NCBI GenBank assembly: GCA_002327985.1
Contig: DCVM01000058.1
Location: forward strand, 21,460-85,459
Length of the DNA: 64,000 bases
Direction of reading: 5' to 3'
Source: Syntrophaceae bacterium UBA2188
GTDB lineage: Bacteria > Desulfobacterota > BSN033 > UBA1163
Position 1 is the first letter of the stretch. Every line of letters starts with the position of its first letter. Below, in pieces: positions 26,159 through 35,856 of the stretch. The notes beneath the pieces are model-generated. The model was given only the letters and a program-made list of their open reading frames with translations. It had not been told where the DNA came from and did no database searches. The position numbers were made by a program, and so were the translations under genes.

Positions 26159-26737
26159 TTATCTCAGGCCGTCTTCTCTTTTAGCCTCTTCTTTTTTCAA
26201 ACCACCAATTCTTGCATGAGGTCTGCCTGAATCCGTGACCACGATGGCAACGAGGATTTCATCGGACCGGGGGGCATCGGGAACTCGGACAGTCATGGCA
26301 TCGAAATGAGTACGGACAAAGGCAGCGTCTTTATAATGAAGGGGTACATCAATCTCAGTCCCCGGACCACCCATTTTCTTGGCGGAAGGAATAATCGCCT
26401 TTCCTCCACCAACTGCTTCTCTTAAAGGCGTTCCCAATTTGGGATGCAAGATGGCTGCGGCGTGTTCCAGTTCACCATCTCCCCCCACAATCGCTGCCTT
26501 CCCATAACTCTCTGCATCCTTAGGAGGAATTTTCAATACCTCAACAGCCCTTTTCCCAAGGATTCCCCCCAACTCTTCACCGATATCGATGAGTTCATCC
26601 AATTTTTCTACATACTTCCCTGCAAAAGGATTCTTAATCACTGCGATGGCTGCCGCCTTTCGAGTTGGCGGATCAACTTTTTTCCCTCCTTCGACTGCTG
26701 TCTCCTCTACAATGGTGACATATTTTCTGACTTCCAT
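26159..26737 (-). CDS. Amino-acid-synthesis family protein (PF06684/DUF1185-like)
   Basis: MEVRKYVTIVEETAVEGGKKVDPPTRKAAAIAVIKNPFAG..., recognised as the AA_synth family. Has its own GGGAGGTG RBS. Confidence 0.65.
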   Translation of the reverse strand: MEVRKYVTIVEETAVEGGKKVDPPTRKAAAIAVIKNPFAGKYVEKLDELIDIGEELGGILGKRAVEVLKIPPKDAESYGKAAIVGGDGELEHAAAILHPKLGTPLREAVGGGKAIIPSAKKMGGPGTEIDVPLHYKDAAFVRTHFDAMTVRVPDAPRSDEILVAIVVTDSGRPHARIGGLKKEEAKREDGLR

Positions 26738-26740
26738 ATT

Positions 26741-26827
26741 TCACCTCCCACCCCTCACCCCTGCCTACCGGCTGGCAGGCTATCCCTCTTCCTCAAGGGG
26801 AGAGGGAAACGTGAGGCGGATTTCTTT
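26741..26827. repeat. GC-rich composite palindromic element
   Basis: CCTGCCtaccggctGGCAGG and CCCTCTtcctcaagGGGAGAGGG inverted repeats between two co-directional genes. Confidence 0.55.
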
Positions 26828-27718
26828 TTATAATTTAGTTAACCAAGAACTCAAAATATTTGTCCAAACCACTCTCCCTTTTAAAGCAATTAAAGCTCCA
26901 TGAATCAACCCTTTCTGATAGAGCATGCTTGCTTTTGATAAACCGTTATTCAATGCCTGTTCAATCTTTTCTTGAGTTAATTCTCTAACTTTAATGGTGA
27001 TCCATTCTCCAGCAATGTCTGTATCGGGATAAATTCTTTCAGCAGGGGTTCTGTTAATATTCGGATCATCAATGTTGGTGAAATTTCCTACAACCGTCGC
27101 CGCGGCGTCAGCCAGTGAAGCCTTCTCCGCAAGCACGGTTGCGGCTGAGGCAATCCCTTTGGTGAAACTCCTTCCTCCCAGTCCACTCGTAGCTACTCCA
27201 CCTATCCCCATGGTGGAATCAATTGAAAGGAGATAAATAGGTTGCTTTGCATCGATCTCTGTTTTTACTCCTACTTTTGCCACCTCCTTTTCTCTCAATC
27301 GGATGGCAACATCTCCTCCATTATCCACAATGATTTTTGTTCCCCCTTGACTGAACATAAAATCAGCCACCACATCAGAGGCCGTTCCGGCAACGGCAGA
27401 TAGAGGAGTTAAATCCGGTTCTTCCATTTTCTTTGTGGCTTCAATCATCCTTCGAACTACATCAGGGAACTCCTCCTCGATTTCCAACTCCTGTGATTTC
27501 CTTTTTATTATCGGAAGACACTTTGCTAAATCCTCAAGAACCCCCATAGCGAAACGAGCCCCTTCTTCTGCCAATGTAACAAGAGGTTTTCCATTTTCTG
27601 AGGCATTGATGAACATATGCATGGGACCATAATCCACAAGGACAATCCCATTGTGTAAAACTTGAATAGGATCATGGGTATATATTTTTTCGGCCAATTG
27701 CATAATCATATCAGCCAA
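26828..27718 (-). CDS. UPF0280 family protein (ApbE superfamily)
   Basis: 296 aa. The family assignment is by overall resemblance and by typical co-occurrence with Hnr-like and AA_synth genes; not verified by search. Confidence 0.5.
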   Translation of the reverse strand: MADMIMQLAEKIYTHDPIQVLHNGIVLVDYGPMHMFINASENGKPLVTLAEEGARFAMGVLEDLAKCLPIIKRKSQELEIEEEFPDVVRRMIEATKKMEEPDLTPLSAVAGTASDVVADFMFSQGGTKIIVDNGGDVAIRLREKEVAKVGVKTEIDAKQPIYLLSIDSTMGIGGVATSGLGGRSFTKGIASAATVLAEKASLADAAATVVGNFTNIDDPNINRTPAERIYPDTDIAGEWITIKVRELTQEKIEQALNNGLSKASMLYQKGLIHGALIALKGRVVWTNILSSWLTKL

Positions 27719-27750
27719 ACCACATTAGCTGTGGAAATACACTTTTTAAA

Positions 27751-27812
27751 ATCCCTCCCCACCTCCCTTTGCTAAAGGGAGGAGAAAATTCACCCTCTTT
27801 AATAAAGGGGGG
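27751..27812. repeat. Two GC-rich hairpins (CCTCCCTTT-GCT-AAAGGGAGG; CCCTCTTTAATAAAGGGGGG)
   Basis: Read directly. The second unit resembles 13757-13777 (CCCTCTCATAAAGGGGG). Confidence 0.55.
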
Positions 27813-27850
27813 ACAAGTGGTGATTATGTTTGAATATTGGTCATTGAAAT

Positions 27851-29407
27851 TTATTTGGGTATTGATGCTTGGGGTTTGGTGCTTCTTCCTATCTCCTTCA
27901 ATACTTGCTTCAGCTTCCGTATCTTCTCTTGATGGCCGCCCATTTCCAAATATTCTTTCAATCTCATTGTATATTCGAGGGGAACAACGGTGGCTGGAGT
28001 GGGAACATAGGTAAAAGCCCTGACCATAACCTTTTCAACGTCCACCAAGAAAGTGATTCCTCCCCCCGGAAGGATGTAGGTCGGTGCTCCGCCTACAGTC
28101 AATTTCGCCCGATTTTGATGAATGGCTTGGTTGAGTTTAACAGGAACCTTGGTGACCCCTGCTCTTGCGCTTCCGCCCGAGCCACCAACAAAAACGGCTG
28201 AAACCCTTGACGCCTGACAGTTGGAAGCAATCATATCCACTGCTATTTTCGCCTTGGGAGTTAATTCAATTTGAGTAAACTTTCCATCCTTTCCCAGACG
28301 AAACATAACAGCTCTCTCTGCGGTCGTCTCGGTGATTAGAACCGTCGTCCCAGATTTAGCAATCTTCGTATCGAATCCTTCAATAATTTGAATGGGGTCT
28401 TCAATGGGTGTACCTCCCCAACCCCGGCCAGGCTCACCGAAATATCTGCCTGGGGTGGATTTTCTTGCCTTTAACTTGATCCCACTATATTTTGCCCCCA
28501 GCTCTCTTCCTGCCGCATGCTCTGTAAATTGCCCAATCAGGTGAGCATCGAGGACAATCACTTCGTCTGCTGCATCTAAAAAATACCTTCCGAAAAGCCC
28601 CATGGAGGCACTGCCACACCCTACCCTCATCCTCCTTCCCGTCTCACCATCAATGATCGGGGGTTTAGCCACCTGGAGAACCAGCTCAGCACCCTCCTCG
28701 ACATTAAGATGAACCTCTTTCCTATTCGCAATGTCAACAATGAGTCTCGCCACAGCAATGCCATCCTTGCCTGTTAAAAGATTGACTCCTCCCAGGGAAA
28801 GAATTTTTGAACCATATTCCTCTGTGCAGAGATGACCCACCTTCTTTTTCCCGATCCGAATGGGCGCACCTTCGTTCCCCATATGGAGATCTGTATCGAC
28901 CTTCACCTTGATACCACTGTAGCTCAACGGCGCCTCTGTGACAACGGTGACCACATCGATTCCCTTCAACCGGGATTGGACAATATACGGGGCGGGTTTG
29001 GTATCCGGATAAGTAGTTCCAGCTCCAATACCTGTAATCAACGGCCGACGAATGACCTCCTCATGATCTTCACCGACAATCTCCCTCACATCTTCATAAG
29101 GTTGAAGCGGGATATTCCGGACGAGTTCTCCATCTCGATTGACAAACCGTTGACAGGCTCCCGTATTGCCGACCTTGATCGTGCAGTTGATTGGGCACGA
29201 TGGGCACTGAATGCCCCTTTCTTTCGGCCCTGGCTCAGCTCCGATGGCTTCTTTGGGACAGACCTTGGTGCAAGCCTGACAGTCGACACAGATTTCAGAA
29301 ATGGATGCTTTTTTATCTTTCCTCTCTAGCGCCATAGATATGGCCCCGAGGGGACAAACCTCCATACATAAGCCACATCCAATACAGGTCTCCCAATCAA
29401 CTATCAT
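27851..29407 (-). CDS. Ferredoxin-domain reductase, 6-hydroxynicotinate reductase (Hnr)-like
   Basis: N-terminal 2x[4Fe-4S] motifs (CIGCGLCMEVCP; CVDCQACTKVCP) plus further Cys clusters. Size and context (next to an enamidase homologue) fit Hnr. Confidence 0.6.
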   Translation of the reverse strand: MIVDWETCIGCGLCMEVCPLGAISMALERKDKKASISEICVDCQACTKVCPKEAIGAEPGPKERGIQCPSCPINCTIKVGNTGACQRFVNRDGELVRNIPLQPYEDVREIVGEDHEEVIRRPLITGIGAGTTYPDTKPAPYIVQSRLKGIDVVTVVTEAPLSYSGIKVKVDTDLHMGNEGAPIRIGKKKVGHLCTEEYGSKILSLGGVNLLTGKDGIAVARLIVDIANRKEVHLNVEEGAELVLQVAKPPIIDGETGRRMRVGCGSASMGLFGRYFLDAADEVIVLDAHLIGQFTEHAAGRELGAKYSGIKLKARKSTPGRYFGEPGRGWGGTPIEDPIQIIEGFDTKIAKSGTTVLITETTAERAVMFRLGKDGKFTQIELTPKAKIAVDMIASNCQASRVSAVFVGGSGGSARAGVTKVPVKLNQAIHQNRAKLTVGGAPTYILPGGGITFLVDVEKVMVRAFTYVPTPATVVPLEYTMRLKEYLEMGGHQEKIRKLKQVLKEIGRSTKPQASIPK

Positions 29408-29424
29408 GGTTTCAGTCCTTTTAT

Positions 29425-30591
29425 TTATTGTTTACTGGTTACGACCTTCCCATTAGGTGGTGGAGTATTTCTGCTCACTCCGATCTTCATCACCCCATCA
29501 ATCAACACACCTGCAATCCCTGGGATATCACCCACTTCAATAGCAGAGAGGGCATCTTTGCCAACCGATCCCATGGGTGCATCCATAATCACCAGATCTG
29601 CTTCCTTCCCCACTTCAATGACTCCCCTATTCAATCTGTAAACTCTGGCAGTGTTGCCTGTGGCCATAGCAATGGCTTCCTCTGCTTTCACATTGCAGAG
29701 GGAGGCTAAAAAGTTAATCACCCTGAGAATGCCCAAAGGGATCACGCCCGTTCCAGAGGGAGCATCGTTACCAATAATCATTCTTGGATAAGCCTTGACC
29801 TCTTTTACAATTTTCATCACATCTACAATCATCTTTGAGTTCCCACAGTGGGCAATTTCTAAAATCAAAGAGGTTTTTCGAATCAATTTATCTGCTTCCT
29901 GAAAAGAAATCGCCGTGGGACCTCCATTAATATGGGAGACGATATCTGGACCGGCAGCAATCACATCATCAGCAGGAACGGTTGTACTCCCAGGAATAGA
30001 CGTCCCCCCGGTATGCATCATTACCACCATTCCATATTTCTTTGCCCATTTGACCATGGGGGCTGCATCCTTTGGTGTTTTGATGCCTCCCAAACCAATC
30101 TCCCCCACAACCTTCACTCCTTCTTTGGCCAATTCCTCAAAATCTTTTTCCTGCAAACCAGGCTCAAGAATGAGGCTCCCACCTAATACCTTCACCCCTG
30201 CGGGTCGAGCGCTTGCAAAGGATTTTGCAGCCAGGATCGCAAGGGCTTTTGTTCCTGCTACATCCTTAGGTCTCCCCGGGAGATGAACCTCACCTGCTGA
30301 GATAAGAGTGGTTACCCCCCCGTGAAGCGAGGATTCGATAAAATCTAACATCTTTTGCCTGGGTGTAAAATCTCCAAGAACAGGGTGGCAGTGAGAATCA
30401 ATGAGTCCCGGAGTGATGGTCATCCCCCCAATGTCCAAAACCTGATCTATTCCCTTCGTGTCAAGAGCCTTCTCCTTGCCCAAAGCTTGAATCAATCCTC
30501 CATCTATAATGATGGTGTCTGCATTCAAGACAGGATTAGAAATATCCCCAGAAACCAAAGCGCCAATATTCTTAATCATCAGTTTAGCCAT
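29425..30591 (-). CDS. Enamidase-like amidohydrolase (1,4,5,6-tetrahydro-6-oxonicotinate amidohydrolase family)
   Basis: IKNIGALVSGDISNPVL...GGVTTLISAGEVHLPGRPKDVAGTKALA...MHTGGTSIPGS...VSHINGGPTAI...GNDAPSGTGVIPLGILR closely follows my recollection of the Eubacterium barkeri enamidase sequence. Confidence 0.75.
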   Translation of the reverse strand: MAKLMIKNIGALVSGDISNPVLNADTIIIDGGLIQALGKEKALDTKGIDQVLDIGGMTITPGLIDSHCHPVLGDFTPRQKMLDFIESSLHGGVTTLISAGEVHLPGRPKDVAGTKALAILAAKSFASARPAGVKVLGGSLILEPGLQEKDFEELAKEGVKVVGEIGLGGIKTPKDAAPMVKWAKKYGMVVMMHTGGTSIPGSTTVPADDVIAAGPDIVSHINGGPTAISFQEADKLIRKTSLILEIAHCGNSKMIVDVMKIVKEVKAYPRMIIGNDAPSGTGVIPLGILRVINFLASLCNVKAEEAIAMATGNTARVYRLNRGVIEVGKEADLVIMDAPMGSVGKDALSAIEVGDIPGIAGVLIDGVMKIGVSRNTPPPNGKVVTSKQ

Positions 30592-30608
30592 TTAAAACCT
30601 CCCCATAT

Positions 30609-30638
30609 CGCTATGCGCATAGCGCTAAGCGCTTAGCG
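30609..30638. repeat. Palindromic element CGCTATGCGCATAGCG + CGCTAAGCGCTTAGCG (inverted copy of 4584-4627)
   Basis: Two overlapping perfect 16-bp palindromes. The second contains the stop codon of the hydroxylase large subunit. Confidence 0.7.
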
Positions 30639-32873
30639 TTGTTTACTTTTATGAATCGCTTCCAACACTCGTTCCAAGTTTGCTGGCAAATGGTAAATTC
30701 TCTCCCCAATGGCATCTGCAATCGCATTCAGGATCGCTGGGGCAGAGGGAATAAGGGCTGGTTCTCCAACCCCTTTCGCTCCAAAGGGACCGGTGGGTTC
30801 TTTCTCTTCAACGACAATCGGGATCACTTCCGGAACGTCCTTAGAAGTCGGGATGAGATAATTGACAAAAGAGGTTGTCTTTCCCGGAATGAATTCCTCC
30901 ATCAAGGCAAAACCCGTACCCATGGCGACACCACCCATAATCTGACCCATCACATTTTTTGGATGAATGGCTTTACCCACATCATGGCTGGCAACCATCC
31001 GATTGACCCTCACCTTACCCGTTTCTAAATCCACCTCCACTTCTGCTAAATGAGTGGCAAAGGCATAAGTCGCATAAGGAGCTCCCTGCCCGGTTTCAGG
31101 ATCAAGCCGGGTCGTCTCAGGATCGAAATACCCTTCTCCTCTTATCACCCTTCCACACCTTTTTGCTATCTCTTTAATTGGAATAGATGTCGTTAAGCAG
31201 GTCCTCGATTTGACCTTCCCCTCTTCATAAAAAAGGTCCTTTTCATCAATGCTTAATAGCTGACTTGCTTCTCCGATGGCAACCTCTTTCAAATTTTTAA
31301 TGGCATTAAGGATGGCATTTCCGGAAATATAAGTCTGGCGACTCGCTGAGGTTGCACCTGCATCGGTGGTTATAGCTGTATCCGCCCGAATCAGACGGAA
31401 ATCTTTTAAAGAAACCCCTATTGTTTCAGAAGCAATTTGAAGAAGGATTGTATCAGACCCCTGCCCGATATCTGCCACCCCTGTAAAAAGTCGAATCTCT
31501 CCATTTGGATCAACCTCTACCTGGGCAGTCGAAGGGTTGGCAATCCCTGTATTTCCCACTCCATACCACATCGAACCAATCCCAATGCCTTTTTTAATAA
31601 AGGGTCTTTTTGGATTGTTTTTAGAGAAGAACCCTCGCTCCCTCCACTCTTTTACCTTGTTTAAGGTCTCCCCTATTCCAACACTGGCCATCAACGTTTG
31701 ACCCGTCGCTGTTTCAGATCCCACACGGAGGCAATTTTTAAGACGAATCTCTATTGGGTCCATGTTCAAGGCCTGGGCGAGGAGATCCATCTGTGACTCG
31801 TGGGCGAAGGCCATCTGGGGAACTCCAAAACCGCGCATCGCACCAGACCATGAATTATTGGTATAGACCATCCGGCTTCTAACCTTTACGTTGGGCACCT
31901 GGTAAGGGCCTGTGGCATGGACAGCAGATCGGATGGCTACAGTGGAACCGTAAGAAGCGTAGGCACCCGTATCTCCCAGGATGTCAACCTCCACAGCGGA
32001 AAGGGTCCCATCCCTCTTTGCGCCGCTTTTATATCGAATCTTCAAAGGATGACGTTTAGAGGTAATCTGGAAAACTTCCTCCCTCGAGTAAATAATCTTC
32101 ACTGGCCTTTTCAGATGAAAAACGGCCAGGGCCAGTAAACACTGGACAGTGATGTCTAATCTTCCCCCAAACCCTCCGCCCGTAACAGACTGAATGATTC
32201 TCACCTGATCCAACGGCAAAGAGAGAACAGAAGCCACCTCTTTCTGATCGTAATGGACATTCTGGGTGGGGCAAACTACCGTAATTCTTCCTTGCTCATC
32301 CAGGTAGGAAATCCCTGCATCGGGCTCTAAATAAGCGTGATCCACCCAAGTGGTCGTATAGGTTTCTTCGACAATGACATCCGCTTCTTTAAATCCTCTC
32401 GGGCTATCTCCTTTTATCACATGAAATTCGAGAAGCAGATTTCCTTTATCATGAATCAGAGGAGCATAAGGCTGGAGGGCTTCTTCTGGTTGGAAAACGG
32501 CAGGGAGATCTTCATAGATAACTCTCAATTTCTTCGTTGCCTGTTCTGCAAACTCCTCTCCATTGGCCACCACCAATGCAACGGGATCTCCGATATATCT
32601 CACCCGGTCTGAGGCTAAAATGGGCTGATCCTTGGTAATGGTTCCAACCAGATTTTTCCCGGGAATATCTTTGGCTATGAAGATTTTCTCCACACCTGGA
32701 ACTCGAAGGGCTTCATCCATTTCGATTCTTACAATTTTGGCATGAGGTTTTGGACTGCGGAGGACTTTAAGGAAAAGGAGTTCCCCTGTAGGCAAATCTG
32801 CCCCATACTTCGCTTCACCCAAGGCCTTCTCTAAAACATCCACTTTGGGAACTTCAATCCCTACCTGTCTCAT
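30633..32873 (-). CDS. Molybdopterin-dependent hydroxylase large subunit (xanthine dehydrogenase/nicotinate dehydrogenase family)
   Basis: 746 aa. a/b-hammerhead plus MoCo-binding blocks (GGGFGGR, GQGS, EPxxxGPFGAKGVGE). Confidence 0.85.
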   Translation of the reverse strand: MRQVGIEVPKVDVLEKALGEAKYGADLPTGELLFLKVLRSPKPHAKIVRIEMDEALRVPGVEKIFIAKDIPGKNLVGTITKDQPILASDRVRYIGDPVALVVANGEEFAEQATKKLRVIYEDLPAVFQPEEALQPYAPLIHDKGNLLLEFHVIKGDSPRGFKEADVIVEETYTTTWVDHAYLEPDAGISYLDEQGRITVVCPTQNVHYDQKEVASVLSLPLDQVRIIQSVTGGGFGGRLDITVQCLLALAVFHLKRPVKIIYSREEVFQITSKRHPLKIRYKSGAKRDGTLSAVEVDILGDTGAYASYGSTVAIRSAVHATGPYQVPNVKVRSRMVYTNNSWSGAMRGFGVPQMAFAHESQMDLLAQALNMDPIEIRLKNCLRVGSETATGQTLMASVGIGETLNKVKEWRERGFFSKNNPKRPFIKKGIGIGSMWYGVGNTGIANPSTAQVEVDPNGEIRLFTGVADIGQGSDTILLQIASETIGVSLKDFRLIRADTAITTDAGATSASRQTYISGNAILNAIKNLKEVAIGEASQLLSIDEKDLFYEEGKVKSRTCLTTSIPIKEIAKRCGRVIRGEGYFDPETTRLDPETGQGAPYATYAFATHLAEVEVDLETGKVRVNRMVASHDVGKAIHPKNVMGQIMGGVAMGTGFALMEEFIPGKTTSFVNYLIPTSKDVPEVIPIVVEEKEPTGPFGAKGVGEPALIPSAPAILNAIADAIGERIYHLPANLERVLEAIHKSKQR

Positions 32874-33733
32874 GCCTGTTCTTCCAGGGCCTTTCTCATC
32901 GCTCTAATAAAAAGGGCTTCCACCACTGGCTTTTTATAGGAGGTGGTGGGCCGGATTCCACTTTGGGAAATCATCTTCTCAGAAACCTTGTGTGAAGCTT
33001 TTTGAAAAGATGCTTCATCCAGTGGTTTTCCTTTTAAAAAAGTTTCTGCCTCTAACATCCTTTGAGGAGTGGGTGTCACTGATCCGACTGCGATGCGAAT
33101 ATCCTCTATTTTGCCTCTTTCTATCTGAAAGACAACGGCCACACTCATCCTGGCAATGGCCATGGCCTCCCTTCTGGCAAGTCGAACAAAGCTGCTTCTC
33201 ATATCGGAAGGAAGTTTTAGAAATATGACTTGGGTCAGAAGTTCATAGGGTTTTAAATTCGTTTCATAGGGACCTTTAAATAGTTGATAAAGTGGAACCT
33301 GCCTTTCACCTTCCTTGGACACCACCCTTCCCATCGCATTCAATACCATGAGAGGGGGAATGGTATCTGCTGCGGGAGAAGCATTGATGATATTCCCACC
33401 AATCGTTCCAAGATTTCTGACCTGTGGAGAACCAATCTCCGAAGCTGCGTCGGATAAAACTTTTCCATATTTTTTCACCCAAGAAGACGAAGCCAGTTCA
33501 GAATGAGTAATGGCAGCGCCAATCGAAAGGACACCATTCATTTCCCCAATCTTCCGAAGTTCTTCTATTCTTGTGATGTCGATGATGACCTGAGGGCTCT
33601 GATCCCCATTGCGGAGACCGATCACCAAATCTGTTCCTCCGGCAATGATCTTTGATTTCCCCTCAGCCTGCCACAACAAATCGCAGGCCTCTTCAATGGT
33701 CTTTGGAATTTTATATTCAAAAGGAGGAATCAT
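32870..33733 (-). CDS. Hydroxylase FAD-binding medium subunit (CoxM/XdhB-like)
   Basis: IIAGGTDLVIGLR and NLGTIGGNIINASPAADT motifs. The stop overlaps the large-subunit start. Confidence 0.85.
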   Translation of the reverse strand: MIPPFEYKIPKTIEEACDLLWQAEGKSKIIAGGTDLVIGLRNGDQSPQVIIDITRIEELRKIGEMNGVLSIGAAITHSELASSSWVKKYGKVLSDAASEIGSPQVRNLGTIGGNIINASPAADTIPPLMVLNAMGRVVSKEGERQVPLYQLFKGPYETNLKPYELLTQVIFLKLPSDMRSSFVRLARREAMAIARMSVAVVFQIERGKIEDIRIAVGSVTPTPQRMLEAETFLKGKPLDEASFQKASHKVSEKMISQSGIRPTTSYKKPVVEALFIRAMRKALEEQA

Positions 33734-33827
33734 ATGATCCTACTTAATGTTGGAGGAAAGAGGAGCACTTTGTTTGAGGTAAAAAATTTTTGCCTCTTGC
33801 CTCAAATCCTCCGAAGAAGAACGATCC
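33734..33827. repeat. TTGAGG/CGATCCTCAA word element inserted between hydroxylase subunit genes
   Basis: CGATCCTCAA at 33822-33831 overlaps the S-subunit stop. Contains a TTGAGG...CCTCAA hairpin. The same 10-mer occurs at 40431-40440. Confidence 0.55.
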
Positions 33828-34289
33828 TCAAACCTCTGACGCTTTTGCTATCGCTTCGATGATTTGATGATACCCTGTACACCGGCAGAGATGTCCTGAG
33901 ATCGCCTCCTTGATTTCCTCTATGGTGGGATTCGAATTTTTTCCCAATAATGCCTTTGAAGACATCAATATCCCCGGGGTGCAAAAACCACACTGAATCG
34001 CTCCATGGTCGATAAACGATTTTTGTAATGGATGAAGAGACTCTTGACTTCCAAGGCTCTCTACTGTCTCGACTTTCCTCCCTTCAACTTTTGGAGCCAA
34101 GATCAGACAGGCATTGACAGGCATTCCATCCAATAATACGGTGCAGGCCCCGCATTCACCAATTCCACAACCCTCTTTCGTGCCGGTAAGTCCAAGTTTA
34201 TCTCGAAGGAGCTTTAGAAGGGTCCAGTGAGGAGGCACCTCCACCTGAATTTCTTCTCCATTTAAAATAAACTTAATCATTAAATCCAC
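33828..34289 (-). CDS. Hydroxylase [2Fe-2S] small subunit (CoxS/XdhC-type)
   Basis: GCGIGECGACTV and CGFCTPG cluster motifs. Confidence 0.9.
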   Translation of the reverse strand: MDLMIKFILNGEEIQVEVPPHWTLLKLLRDKLGLTGTKEGCGIGECGACTVLLDGMPVNACLILAPKVEGRKVETVESLGSQESLHPLQKSFIDHGAIQCGFCTPGILMSSKALLGKNSNPTIEEIKEAISGHLCRCTGYHQIIEAIAKASEV

Positions 34290-35764
34290 CTTGTGACGAC
34301 AGTCTTCTCGTCCATAAACATCCTCATCGAGGCCATCCTCGATTTGGCTGTCCCAACAAAGGATTCCCTTCTCGATCCAAGCGGAAAGAAGGCATAGGGT
34401 TGTGCCACACCTACATTGACACCCACATTACCTACATTGACCTCCCTAATGAATTTACGGGCAATCCTGCCATCTCTTGTCATAATACATGCTGTATGAC
34501 CGAGATTAGTTTTTGTATTAATCCACTCGATAACCTGGTCAAGACGTTCACCTCTGATCAAAGCGGCGACTGGGCCGAAAGCCTCCTCTTTCGCCATAGG
34601 CATATCCACATTTACCTCTCCAAGGATCGTGGGACCGAGAAAATAACCCTTTGGGTAATCCTTTACCTTAACGCCCCTTCCATCAAGAACCATCTTGGCT
34701 CCTTCAGACAAGGATTTCTCGATCCATCCAACTACCTTCTCCTTTCCTGCCTGGGTTGTCATGGGCCCTAACTCGATCTCCGTATCCAGTCCATAACCCA
34801 GCTTCATTTTCGCGGCAGCTTCTTTAAACTTTACTTTAACCTCATCATAGATATCACCCATGACAACAATGTTATCGACTCCCAAACAGCGCTGCCCTGA
34901 CATCCCAAAACAGCCTCTGAGCAGCCATTGAATTCCAGAATTGAGATCAGCATCGGGCATGATCACAACGTGGTTCTTACCGTTCCCATTAATGGAAGAA
35001 GTTTTCCCAAGCTTGCCACAAAGCTCGAAAAGCTCCCAGCCTGCCCGATTGGACCCTATAAAACCCACACCTTTCACTTCTGGTTGGGATAATATCTCTT
35101 TATTGATCGTCCTTCCTCCATGGATCAAATTTAAAACACCAGGTGGAAAACCTGCTTCTTGAGCTACTTTGCAGATGGCCTCTGCCGCAACCGGGCACTG
35201 CCTACTGGGACTGACCACCATGGTACACCCAGCCGCAAGACCGTATGGAACAAAAGATGACCAAGCATGCATTGGAATATTGCCTGGCGTAATGATCAGG
35301 AAAGCACCCAGAGGTTCCCAGATGAGGTACTGATCGATGCCGTCTGCGACTTGATCCATGTGTTCATTCCTTTGGGTCAACCCATAAACAGCAGAACAAG
35401 CAGACTCGATATTCTCAATGACCCTTCTCACCGATCCTCTTGCCTCTTCGATCGTCCGACCATGATCCTGAACAAGGATTCGTGAAAGTTCTTCAAAATG
35501 TTCTTCAAATTTTCCCCTCATATCGAAAAGAAGGCGGGCCCGATCTCGAAGAGGCACATTTTTCCATCCCTCAAATGCCCTTTGAGCTGCCACCACTGCA
35601 GCTCGCGCTTCTTCTCTTGTAGCTTCTGGGAATTCCGAAATCACTTCCCCTGTGGCTGGGTTAGGATTTTGATGGAGAATAATGGATTTCGCCTCCACCC
35701 ATTTCCCATCGATAAAAAATCTTTGCTTTCCATAATGATTCTTAACTTCCGGTAGCATGGCCAT
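34280..35764 (-). CDS. CoA-acylating (methyl)malonate-semialdehyde dehydrogenase family aldehyde dehydrogenase (MmsA-like)
   Basis: GNGKNHVVIMPDAD (the MmsA-type block, with Asn in place of the general-base Glu) and the catalytic GQRCLG. Confidence 0.75.
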   Translation of the reverse strand: MAMLPEVKNHYGKQRFFIDGKWVEAKSIILHQNPNPATGEVISEFPEATREEARAAVVAAQRAFEGWKNVPLRDRARLLFDMRGKFEEHFEELSRILVQDHGRTIEEARGSVRRVIENIESACSAVYGLTQRNEHMDQVADGIDQYLIWEPLGAFLIITPGNIPMHAWSSFVPYGLAAGCTMVVSPSRQCPVAAEAICKVAQEAGFPPGVLNLIHGGRTINKEILSQPEVKGVGFIGSNRAGWELFELCGKLGKTSSINGNGKNHVVIMPDADLNSGIQWLLRGCFGMSGQRCLGVDNIVVMGDIYDEVKVKFKEAAAKMKLGYGLDTEIELGPMTTQAGKEKVVGWIEKSLSEGAKMVLDGRGVKVKDYPKGYFLGPTILGEVNVDMPMAKEEAFGPVAALIRGERLDQVIEWINTKTNLGHTACIMTRDGRIARKFIREVNVGNVGVNVGVAQPYAFFPLGSRRESFVGTAKSRMASMRMFMDEKTVVTRWI

Positions 35765-35856
35765 ATGTTACCTCTCCTTTTGATTGAATATTTTCTTCCC
35801 TCTTCCTTTCCTCCTCCTCTTGAGTGATAAGGTGGGGATGATGGCAAATATTAAAG

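Noticed and set aside
26738-26830. Read-through or Sec fusion of UPF0280 and the AA_synth protein (same reading frame, 90 nt apart)
   Set aside because: The intervening stop is TAA, not TGA. The spacer is a repeat element, and the downstream gene has its own GGGAGGTG RBS and a family-typical N-terminus.
33744-33830. Sec read-through of the TGA stop of the [2Fe-2S] subunit
   Set aside because: The subunit is already full length. Read-through would add about 27 low-complexity residues encoded by the repeat element before a TAA. No Cys-homologous position is involved.
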